Source: Takakia lepidozioides (Eukaryota; Plantae; Bryophyta). Taken from it: a DNA stretch of 64,000 bases. This document shows positions 13,101-23,379 of the stretch, one piece after another. The stretch's first letter is position 1. Each line of letters opens with the position of its first letter. The notes under the pieces are model-generated. The model saw nothing but the letters and a program-made list of their open reading frames with translations. It did no database searches and was not told the DNA's origin. The stretch covers positions 73,718,001 through 73,782,000 of the forward strand of contig CM060731.1 of assembly GCA_030704615.1 (NCBI GenBank), in the 5' to 3' direction. A program made the translations under genes and the position numbers.

Positions 13101-14890
13101 CAACTGTGCCGCTGCAGCTGCTGCCTTTAGTTAACCATCTACCCATGCAGGTTTCTTGTAGCTATTGATCCACAGGGAATCATACGTAATCTTGTGCTTG
13201 AAATCTGGTCTCTTGGATGAATCTGGACCCACACTCTATCCCTTCGCCGTCAGCTATCCATGCTTCTGCACAAATCTGCATGCATTCATCTTTGCCTTGC
13301 TGCTAGCAGCTGACAATGACAGCCTAGATTTGTTCTTGGTAACACCCAATCACAGTAGTTCCCATGCTGAATTGTGTCTGCTACGCTCTGTCATCTAACA
13401 GGCATTCAACTCTTTGCCTCGGTTGTCCCACCATTGACTGGGGTCAGAAAAGTATTCATTCCACACCTTCTCCTCGTCTCTGTTACCTGTTTTTAAATAC
13501 ATTGCTGTTGTCACATTGGCAGTATCATGTCAAAGTCACTCCAAACTAGATTCACTCAACCAGCTATTAACTCGCAGAATCCAAAGTGGAAATTTAGGGC
13601 CGACTCTGATAAGAGGGAAAAACAGGGTGACATGTGTGAAGAAGGTGCCTTCATTAGCAGTGCCTGATTTATCAATTGTGCCGCTGCTGCTGCGGCTTCC
13701 AGTTGACCATCTACCCATGCAGGTTTCTTGTAGCTATTGATCCACAGGGAATCATAGGTAACCTTGTGCTTGAAATCTGGCCCTCTTGGATGAATCTGGA
13801 CCCACACTCTATCCCTGCTCCTTCAGCTATCCATGCCTTTGCACAAATCATGCATACATCCTTGCCTTGCTGCTAGCAGCTGACAATGACAGCCTAGATT
13901 TGTTCCAGCAAACCCCCAACCCTACTTATCACACTAGTTCCTATGCTGACTTGCGTCTGCTTCCAACAGGCATTCACCTTTTTGCCTCGATTGTTCCACC
14001 ATTGACTGGGATTGGAAACGTATTCATTCCAGAGCTTCTCCTCGTCTCTGTTATCTGTTTTTTGATACTTTCCTGTTGCCACATTGGCGGTAACTTGTCA
14101 AAATCACTCCAAAACCACCATAGATCCACCAACGAGCTAACTTGCAGAATTCAACATGAAAATTTTGGGACGACTCTGATAACAGGGAAAACAGGCTGAG
14201 ATGTGTTGAAGAAGGTGCCTTCATTAGCAGTGCCTTGTTCTATCAATTGTGCTGCTGCCGCTGCTGTTTTCCAGTTGACCATCTACCCATGCAGATTTCT
14301 TGTAGCTATTGATCCACAGGGAATCAGAAGTAATCTTGTGTTTGAAATCCGGCCCTCTTGGATATACATCCTCAGCCGTGCTGCTAGCAGCTGACACTGA
14401 CGGCATGAAGTTCTTCCACCAAACACCCTAACGCTACTTATTACAGTAGTTCCAATTCTGAATTGCATCTGCTTCTCTCTGGAGTCCAACAGGCATTCAC
14501 CTTTTTGTCTCCATTGTCCTACCATTGACTCGGGTCGGAATAGTGTTCATTCCAAAGCTTCTCCTCATCTCTGTTATCTGTTTTTGGATACTTTCCTGCT
14601 GCCACATCGGCGGTAACTTGTCAAAGTCACTCCAAATCACCACAGATCCACCCAACGAGCTAACTTACAGAATTCAATATGCATCTCAGGGCCAAGTCTG
14701 ATGAGAGGGCAAAACAAGCTGAAATAGGTTGAAGAAGAAGGTGCCCTCACCACATTGTCCTTGACTTTGTGTCATGACCCATGCAGGATTTCCCGACCAT
14801 CAACCCAAAAGGACCTCTTGTGTGTGCTGCTTGTGTCTGTAGTCAGGTCATGTCCGAATGGTCTGTGAGAACCACCACGGTGCAGCTGAG
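13100..14890 (-). pseudogene. Three clear plus one degenerate OSB-type PDF motif units in ~550-bp tandem repeats with introns; N-terminal part of the PPR pseudogene
   Basis: Exon A: DEEKVWNEYFSDPSQWWDNRGK (13410-13500; also 13978-14072 and 14501-14595). Exon B: IHPRGPDFKHKVTYDSLWINSYKKPAWVDGQL (from 13795; also ~13222 and ~14365). Degenerate unit WW..*PDYRHK..WVDG..PAWV at ~14770-14885. Confidence 0.8.
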
Positions 14891-15263
14891 CAGGCAGAGA
14901 TTGAAACATGGCCTGCTAAGACCAAGCTGACTCTCCCAAGAACCTTGTAAACATCAGGAAGAATACCAAACCATGGTACTAACAGTAGGAGTGAGATCCC
15001 CATGATCTTGATTCATGGAATCAACGTAGTGACATCCTTCATCCACTAGGCCCACATGGCTACATGGAGAGAGAAGAGATACGAACGTGATACTGTTGGG
15101 CTTCCAGCACGCAGGGCGCGGAATCTAACTGAACAATAAACAGATGCAGAGAGGAAAGGGAGATGTCAATGCCCGATGTGCGGGAGGCATGAAGACAGTT
15201 TCAATTTTCTGATGGCTTCGGGGGCCAGCTTGAAACAAAATTCTTCGGACTGGGTGCATTGCC

Positions 15264-15743
15264 TCAACGTCCAGCAGTAAGTTGCAATGCAGCTTCGCAA
15301 ACCTTAGGCCCTCTGCGATGACACATTGATAGGATTGAAATAGTGGTTGTCACCAGGAGCTGCAATGCTGGTGACTTGGCCATGAGAGATTGCCGGCGAG
15401 GATACTGCAGTTGCACCATAACGTTGCAATCCTTAGTCAATGTCTTGACCTTTTTCGCTGGGAACAGGGTACAGCCAAGCATACAGAGCGTGTACTCCTT
15501 CTCTGTTTCTATAGAGACGCCCTCCAATTCGATGCTCATTTGCGAGAAACCAGGGGTCATCTCAAAGCGGGGGTGAATGCCCCCTCCATAGAAGATGCTT
15601 CTTTGGTATGTAATTGCTAGCTGAAGTACACCTGAGACATTAGAACTGTTCTTCGAGCCTCCCGGATTCTTATTCAACTGCACATCTGTAAGCGAGGATG
15701 TTGCCAGTTGTTGCACTGGTGTCGTTGCATCCGATTCAATCAA
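15264..15743 (-). pseudogene. Fragment resembling the N-terminal region of plant DUF2921 membrane proteins
   Basis: VSGVLQLAI...PRFEMTPGFSQMSIELEGVSIET..YTLCMLGCTLFP...VMVQLQYP recalls DUF2921 proteins (recognised from memory); no downstream TM region is seen. Confidence 0.55.
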
Positions 15744-15878
15744 AGTGGGGTATCCGGGAATTGAATATCTCCTTGACGAATTTGGTTCTGGGAGTGGATT
15801 GTAGAGCTGGAATCCTCAGACTGCAGCCAGTCCCCATTTAGCAATGAAAAAAGGTTGTGCAGCATCCACCATGTAAGA

Positions 15879-16490
15879 TCTCCCTCCTAGATCTGTGTGT
15901 GAAACCCCCATTTTCAGGCATGTTCTTAAGAAAAACGACGACGATGTCATGGCTGATGACGATGATGTGGCTGACGATGGCGACGTGGCACTATGGCACT
16001 CTATTCCTCTCCTGGTTATTTTCGGGCATTTTCGGGTAGGTTCTTAAGGAAAACGACGATTATGATATGGCTGACGACGATGACATGGCATTATGGCACC
16101 TATTCCTCTCCCGGGCATTTTCGGGCAGGTTCTTAAGAAAAACAACGACGATAACGTGGCTGACGACGATGACGTGGCTGAGTATGACGACGTGGCATGA
16201 CGAAGATGACGTGGCTGACGACGACGACGTGGCACTATGGCACCCTATTCCTCTCCCGGTTATTTTCGGGCATTTTCGGGTAGGCTTTTAAAAAAAACGA
16301 CCATGATGATGTGGCTGACGACGATGACATGGCTGATGACGACGACGTGGCACTATGGCACCCTATTCCTCTCCCGAGCATTTTCGGGCATTTTCGGGCA
16401 GGTTCTTAAGAAAAACGACGATGATGATGTGGCTGACGACGACGACGACGTGGCACCATGGCACCCTATTCCTGCTCTACGCTAAACTAG
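15879..16490 (+). mobile_element. Non-autonomous Helitron-like element built from ~115-140-bp tandem repeats
   Basis: A|TC at 15878/15879 and CTAG|T at 16487-16491; 4-5 copies of CATTTTCGGGCAGGTTCTTAAGAAAAACGACG..GTGGCACTATGGCACCCTATTCCTCTCC; no convincing 3' hairpin. Confidence 0.5.
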
Positions 16491-16642
16491 TCTCCGACCT
16501 TCAGTCGCCGCTAGAATTATATACTTTCTCTGCTTCATGAGAGTGGCAAAGAAGCTCCTGTGTTATATGAGAGATTAGATTTTTACAGTTTGGAATACTT
16601 ACAGGAATTCGTTGACATTCCCACTGTCGTGGAGCTGAAGGT

Positions 16643-17995
16643 ATGGCGTCGTGTGCGACTGCTTCAGCGGAGTCTATGTCTGCTTTCCAGCAGCTGCGCC
16701 AAGCGTTGCCCTCATCAACGTGCAGTTCTAGGGTTACGGAGGATGTATTTTTGAGGAAAAGAAATGGGCATCTGCAACGAGGAATGCAGCACGCTGGAGG
16801 TTTCTTGCGTATCACAAATCTTTTGGGTGGAAAGAACGGCAGTGATAACCCTCATGCCTCCGGCAAGACGGCACAGCTTTGGAACATGTTTAGGGGGACA
16901 CAAGGTTTGTATGGCACATCCAGAAAGTCTCAACGAGCTGTCCATGGGGAAGCTGGCCGGGGGCCAAAAGAGCTTGCAACTGTGGAGGTTGAGGAGGGTG
17001 AGCTTGCTAAGGTGGTTTCTGAGTTACATGGTCTGAACATAGCTGAAGATGTAACGCAGTTGATAGGAAAGACACCCATGGTGTATCTGAACAGTGTGGT
17101 GGAGGGTTGTGTGGCCAACATTGCCGCCAAATTGGAAATTATGGAACCATGCTGTAGTGTGAAAGATAGGATTGGATATAGCATGATTACTGATGCAGAG
17201 GGCAAGGGAGCCATCACCCCTGGCAAGAGCATCCTTGTGGAGCCCACAAGTGGGAACACAGGGATTGGACTCGCCTTCATAGCTGCCGCTAAAGGCTACA
17301 AGCTCATCCTCACAATGCCAGCATCTATGAGTATGGAGCGCCGCATTTTGCTGAGGGCATTCGGTGCGGAGCTGATTCTAACAGATCCCGGCAAGGGAAT
17401 GAGGGGTGCGGTCCAAAAGGCAGAGGAGATTGTGAAAAAGACTCCTAACTCTTACATGCTTCAGCAGTTTGAAAACCCTGCAAATCCCAAGGTCCATTTT
17501 GAGACAACTGGGCCAGAGATCTGGGAAGACACTGCTGGGAAGGTTGATATATTTGTTGCTGGAATTGGCACTGGTGGTACAGTTACTGGAGCTGGTCGAT
17601 TCTTGAAGAGCAAGAACCCTGATATCAAGATATATGGTGTGGAGCCAACTGAAAGCAGTGTGTTATCTGGGGGCAAGCCAGGCCCTCACAAGATCCAAGG
17701 GATTGGTGCAGGGTTTATTCCTAGCATTCTAGATGTTGACATTCTGGATGAGGTTATTCAGATTTCCAGCAATGATGCCGTTGAGATGGCCAAGCAGCTT
17801 GCTTTGAAAGAAGGCTTGCTGGTGGGAATATCATCAGGGGCTGCCACAGCAGCAGCAGTGCAAGTGGCGAAAAGGCCAGAGAACAAGGACAAATTAATAA
17901 CGGTGATTCTTCCGAGCTTCGGAGAACGTTATTTGTCATCCACTTTGTTTCAGTCCATCCGGGAAGAAGCTGAAAAGATGCAGCCTGAAGCCTAA
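16643..17995 (+). CDS. OASTL: Cysteine synthase / O-acetylserine(thiol)lyase, organelle-targeted, intronless (450 aa)
   Basis: PLP-lysine motif [10 protein letters not shown], substrate loop [24 protein letters not shown] and PSFGERYLS; ~125-aa Ser/Arg-rich N-terminal extension. Confidence 0.96.
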   Translation: MASCATASAESMSAFQQLRQALPSSTCSSRVTEDVFLRKRNGHLQRGMQHAGGFLRITNLLGGKNGSDNPHASGKTAQLWNMFRGTQGLYGTSRKSQRAVHGEAGRGPKELATVEVEEGELAKVVSELHGLNIAEDVTQLIGKTPMVYLNSVVEGCVANIAAKLEIMEPCCSVKDRIGYSMITDAEGKGAITPGKSILVEPTSGNTGIGLAFIAAAKGYKLILTMPASMSMERRILLRAFGAELILTDPGKGMRGAVQKAEEIVKKTPNSYMLQQFENPANPKVHFETTGPEIWEDTAGKVDIFVAGIGTGGTVTGAGRFLKSKNPDIKIYGVEPTESSVLSGGKPGPHKIQGIGAGFIPSILDVDILDEVIQISSNDAVEMAKQLALKEGLLVGISSGAATAAAVQVAKRPENKDKLITVILPSFGERYLSSTLFQSIREEAEKMQPEA

Positions 17996-18363
17996 GAAGC
18001 TTGTTGATAAAGATCTGCATATCACCCCTCCTCTGTTCCTAGATAATCCAATGAAATCTAGGAATTTGTGACTTGGTTTTTTGATCAGATTGACCAGTGG
18101 GCCTCTTGGACCTCTTGTCCTTGCTGCGTAAGTTGGCATTGGGTCATTGATACTTGGGAGAGAAACTCTGCATAGCTTTATAAAAAGAGCCAAGTGGGCT
18201 AATGTTTCATAATCACAGCATGAAGCTGCAAGTTTGTGAAAGCAGGTCATCTGCTCAAGAAGTATGATTTGACTTTTAATGTGAAGCGGGTTGTGGGAAA
18301 CCAATGTGGCAGAAATGAGAGTCTTCATATTTTTCCAAAAAACGAAAACCAAAACATATCAAC

Positions 18364-18590
18364 AGTCAGAGCTCAGTTGGTTAGAGCACTGAGTGCCACC
18401 CAGATGATTCTGGGGTCAAATTCTGATACTTGATGGGTGTGGCATACTCTTCTCCCCCTTCCCTCTGTCTGTCCCAGTTCTCAGCCTCCATGCACGGTTA
18501 CTGTGAAGGAGGTTATTCACTCCTCTCACTATCAAGGGGCCTGATTTGTGAGCTGTTGTCGCTCCCAGGTGTTTCCCTTACAAAAAAAAA
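18364..18590 (+). mobile_element. tRNA-derived SINE
   Basis: A-box-like AGCTCAGTTGGTTAGAGCA, B-box-like GGTCAAATTC, tail AGGGGCCTGATTTGTGAGCTGTTG..CTCCC and poly(A); relatives at ~49575, ~62040 and ~63540. Confidence 0.75.
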
Positions 18591-18804
18591 ATGGGGGTCG
18601 TCGTTGAGGCTTGTCCTCAAGGGAACCTCCATTGGTTCACATAAGTGCAAGCAGAGGTGATTGTTGGGAATAAATGGTTCAGGCTCATGGGGAGAGGGAT
18701 TGGTTTCGATGGCGAGAAAGGTCGTTCGATTATGTATACTTGCCGATTAGTTTTGGGATCAGATGAAGTATGGCAGAGCTTCGAGGTGTGGCCTCCGAGC
18801 TTGA

Positions 18805-20664
18805 ATGTCAGTGGTTGAACCTAAAAGTTTTCAGATGGCAGCATTGAATGCGGCACACTTACTTGAATTAGGCACCTCCACCATGGCCACTAGTTTCTTC
18901 AGAGGACCTAGAAAGGAGGTGGTAAAGATGCAGTGTTCTGGTGCTTGTGGGGATTTGAGGAGACTATGTAAAGCAGGGGAACTGAAACTGGCACTACACA
19001 ATTTGGTGGAACAAGGCATTTCGGCAGACTCCAATACCTACATCTGTCTCTTGCAGGAGTGCATCAAGATTAGAGGCCTAGCTGAGGGAAATCAGGTACA
19101 CGCCCATATTATCAGAAATGGATTCATACCAAATATGTTTCTACTCAACACCCTTGTCAACATGTATGCCAAGTGTGGAAGTTTAGTGGATGCACGACAA
19201 GTGTTTGACAAAATGCCTGAACGAGATATGTTTACATGGAATATAATGATGGCAGGATATGCCAAGCATGGGTGTAGTAGGGAGGCTATCGAGATTTATC
19301 GTAAAATGATTCTGGAACGGGTGACACCAGACAAGGTCACATTCACTTGCATTCTCAAGGCATGTGCCAGCCTGGGGTCCCTGGCAAAGGGGAAGGAGGT
19401 CCATGCTGATCTCATCAAAGCTGCAATTGAGCCAGATCTCATTCTGGAAAATATCCTCATTGACATGTATTCCAAATGCGGGAGTATGAAGGATGCGCGG
19501 CAACTGTTCGATGATATGGCTGCCCGAGATGTGGTGTCATGGAATGCGATGATAGCAGGATATAGTCAGCAAGGGTGTGGTAGGGAGGCCCTCCAACTAT
19601 TTGAAGAGATGCGAAAGGAGGGCTTGAAGCCGAATGTTGTCTCATGGAGCGCAATGATCGCTGGATATGCTCAGCATGGATGTTATAGGGATGCTTTTGA
19701 GATGTATGAGCAAATGTTACAGGCAAGTGTGATGCCCAACATGGTCACGTTTATTTGTATTCTCAATGCATGTACCAGCCTAGGAGCTCTGGAAAAGGGC
19801 AAGGAGGTCCATGCTGATATCATCAAGGCTGGAATTGCATCGGATGTAATTCTGGACACTGCCCTTGTTAACATGTATGCCAAATGCGGGAAAATAGATG
19901 ATGCACGGAAAGTTTTTGACAGAATGCCTCAGCGAAATGTGGTCTCATGGAGCACAATGATTGCAGGATACGCTCAGCATGGGTGTGGTAGGGAGGCGTG
20001 TGAGATGTATGAGCAAATGAGATGGGAAGGCGTGAAGCCCAATGTAGTCACGTTCACTTCCGTTCTCAATGCTTGTGCCAGCCTGGTAGCCCTGGAAAAG
20101 GGCATAGAGGTCCATGGCGACATCATCAAAGCTAGAATTGTGCCAGATATCATTATGGAGAACACCCTTGTCCACATGTATGCAACATGTGGGAGCATTA
20201 AGGATGCCAGTCGAGTCTTTAGCAACATTGCTAAAGGTGACGTTGTGTCGTGGAATGCCATGATTGCAGCGTACGCCCAGCATGGGTGTGGTAGGGAGGC
20301 CCTCAAACTATTTGAACAAATGCAACAGGAAGGCTTGAACCCAGACTGCATTACCTTTACTTCTGTTATCTCTGCGTGTAGGCATCTGGGCCTAGTGGAT
20401 GAAGGCTGTCACTACTTTGATTCTATGAGTCAAGATCAGGGCCTCATTCCTACAGCAGAGCATTTTGGCTGCATGGTGGACCTTCTTGGCCGTGCAGGGT
20501 GCTGGGACAAAGCGGAGGACTTCATTAAGAAAATGCCAGTCAAACCAGATGCTTTGATCTGGAGGGCCTTGCTTGGTGCATGCGGGACTCATGGCAATGT
20601 GGAGGTAGCAGAACGGGCGGCAAAATGCCTTCTTGGGTGTGAGCGACTGGGTGCTGCAACTTAG
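18805..20664 (+). CDS. PLS-class PPR protein ending within the E domain (619 aa, single exon)
   Basis: Uninterrupted P-L-S arrays and E-domain motifs (EHFGCMVDLLGRAG, IWRALLGACGTHGNVEVAE); stops at AAT* and has no DYW. Confidence 0.92.
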   Translation: MSVVEPKSFQMAALNAAHLLELGTSTMATSFFRGPRKEVVKMQCSGACGDLRRLCKAGELKLALHNLVEQGISADSNTYICLLQECIKIRGLAEGNQVHAHIIRNGFIPNMFLLNTLVNMYAKCGSLVDARQVFDKMPERDMFTWNIMMAGYAKHGCSREAIEIYRKMILERVTPDKVTFTCILKACASLGSLAKGKEVHADLIKAAIEPDLILENILIDMYSKCGSMKDARQLFDDMAARDVVSWNAMIAGYSQQGCGREALQLFEEMRKEGLKPNVVSWSAMIAGYAQHGCYRDAFEMYEQMLQASVMPNMVTFICILNACTSLGALEKGKEVHADIIKAGIASDVILDTALVNMYAKCGKIDDARKVFDRMPQRNVVSWSTMIAGYAQHGCGREACEMYEQMRWEGVKPNVVTFTSVLNACASLVALEKGIEVHGDIIKARIVPDIIMENTLVHMYATCGSIKDASRVFSNIAKGDVVSWNAMIAAYAQHGCGREALKLFEQMQQEGLNPDCITFTSVISACRHLGLVDEGCHYFDSMSQDQGLIPTAEHFGCMVDLLGRAGCWDKAEDFIKKMPVKPDALIWRALLGACGTHGNVEVAERAAKCLLGCERLGAAT

Positions 20665-23379
20665 GTCATTCCTCATAACTCCAGTGCTTTTCCAAAAATG
20701 GGGCATGGCTGCAGAGTATACGATCCCTTTTCACACGTGCTGCATATACCCAGGTTGGTAGGATGTAGTTGCCAATGCCTCTCTGAACTCTGTTTTGCTG
20801 TCTTGTTGTGTGTGAAGAAGTGTGAAGAATCCTTGTGTGGTTTGTGTTAGAAGTCTGGCAATGCACTCAGTATCTATCTCACTGTATGTGTTTCTATTTG
20901 GCTATGGGTGGCATTGTTATCAACTGCCACTTTCACGTCCTGTAGATATAGCTATTGCAACTGGTATGTGTTTTGATATATCTACTTTCTGTGCACTGTA
21001 GTTTCTTTGAGGGCTTTTGCTTTGCAAATCTTCCCTTGATAAATCCTTGGGGTCATAATAGAGGGCGAAAACTGTTTACATTGTGTGGACTAGATACCTG
21101 GGAGGCTTTGTCAGCAGCCTAGAAGAAGCATGAGACTCAACACTGGTGGAGACATGAATAATGCATCACAGCAGCAGTGCCTCAGTAGCTCAGTCTGCTA
21201 CTGGGAGTGGCAGCAGTCTTCTCACGAGCACAATTGTTGGCAGTCCAGGATCAGGCGGAAGGGTGGAACTGCCAACCGCTTACATGTGAGCAATTCAAAG
21301 AAGGGCTCAGGAGGCACCACGGATGGCACTTTGATGAGGGTGAGTGAAATTGATGCATTTTTCCTCATGCACCTGTTTCTGCCCTTGGTGGTGTTGCTCA
21401 GACCATACTACAATTCAAGTTGTGTGATTGAATGTGAAAACCATGATGTGAGGTTGCACATGTTGATCAGGCATTAAGAAATTGTTTGTCAAAATTTTAC
21501 AAGTAGGAAGATTGTTGGGTGTCTTGCTTCGAAGTTATTTTTCCCCTTTTTAGAGAAAGTTAGGTTTCCTTTCTCTATTTTGGGTTGAAAATTAGTTTAC
21601 ACTAGCCTAGAGCTCTTCCCTGAACCTTCCCTCTTCATTTCAAGTGCCTCTCTCTCATTACAAGCTCGCTCATGAACTCATGAATGCTGTGTCTAATTTC
21701 TCGTTTCCGCTTAGTTACTTGCGATCGATCCAGGTTTGTCATTGGATTTCAATCATGTTCCGATTTTTTTGAATTCTCTGCTTCATTTCAATTGGGTGCA
21801 GTGGATAAAGTATAGCATTCACATGTGTTCCAATTCAGGGTTTATTCTGTGGGTGGAGCTTTCTGGATTCTTGAGTGTGGTGAGGGATTTTAGAGGTTGA
21901 TCAGGTACGATCTTCTGACTTTTTGACTTGATTTTTATCAGGCTAATAAGCAAAAGATTGCGGACCATGCACGGTCAGTCATTGGTCTTTGAAGTTTGTA
22001 AAAATAGTCTTCCCACATTGTCAGACTTTCTCCGCTACCATCACATCCACTGAGGATATGTTAGACCCGTGACTCATCTGAATATTTTCCAAAAGAATCA
22101 CCAATTACCTCTTGTCGTCGAGGTTCTTGGAAGTCCTTTCAAATAAGGGTCGATTGATATTGATGTTGTATAGGGCCTTCTTACGTAGATACCATATTAT
22201 TTTACTGTCTATCTTCGCTTGAATTCCTGATTGCATGCAAAGGCTTGAGTGTTGCAGTTTGACATGCTTGACTGCTGCACTTTTCTTAATGTTTGAGACC
22301 AAGTATGATGTGAATAATACGTTAATTACTGCAAATCATTTGAAGTTTTGCTGCCACGGCTGTTACGCTACTCTACTCCTCACTGGACAAATTGAATCGT
22401 TGCTTTCTCTTTCCTTGGTTGATGCCTTGTATCAATGCTCAGTAATTTGGTTCTCTGTTTGAGCAGCAGATTAAAGTGGGGTTGAGAGTCATGAATATTG
22501 AGATACATAAAGTGTATCTGGTAGGAATATTCTATCCCGAGTGTCTTAACGACGCGTCACCTTGCAAGGCTCTTCCAGTTTCTGTGAGTGGCATACAATG
22601 AATACAAAGTCACCCATGCGATCACCGCGTTCGGTTCGTAGGCATTTCGGAGTTGTGTTGCCTTATGATGCACAGTCTCACATTGCAGTCATTTTCCTTG
22701 GTACTGCAAGACTTTCTCAGCCCCAACTATTTGTACCACGGAATGGTTCGGATGCCACATCAACCAAGTATTAGTCCCAGATCCAGCAGACTCTTTTCTT
22801 GCGTCCCCCGGATACCTGAATTTCAGTCATGCAATGGGGGCGTTGGTGATTCAAGAAGATGAAGTTTATCGGTACCCCAAGCCTCGCATACTAGGGAAAA
22901 TTTGCAGATGGTCGCCCCCTGAATGTGTCCCTCGTATTGTACCTAAATAGTTATGTTACAAAGATTCGGTTAACTTGGTTGTTGAACGAGCAATAAGAGA
23001 AATGTACTTAACTGAAGTGGGTATGTGCGACCCCCACAGATTGATGTTTTGAAATGCCTTCATGCACTCGCCGGGCTCTCCATCTAGGATGCTTGTGACC
23101 TCATCTATAATTTCAAAACTCTCCTCAAAGTGAGGTCGCCCTGTATATGGAACTCATGATTTTATCAAATAAAGCACATACCGGTCTACTTTGAGGATAT
23201 AAACTAGGTTTTCTTTCTTGGTTTAAGATACTTTGAATTGAGTCCGAGCTGATGTCACTCACATTCTGTGCAACCCACGAAGCATACAGATTCCAAATGT
23301 AAATCATAAATTAATGGACTCCTTTAATTGATACAAAGCTAAACAAGCCATTCCAAATGGGGGAAATAATTCTAATACG

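Noticed and set aside
15857-16540. Asp/Thr-rich ORFs
   Set aside because: Translations of the GACGAT tandem repeat
18364-18430. tRNA gene
   Set aside because: A/B boxes are present but there is no complete cloverleaf; it continues into a conserved tail and poly(A), so it is a SINE
21480-23350. Possible LTR/retroelement remnant
   Set aside because: No paired LTR, PBS or coding motif could be identified
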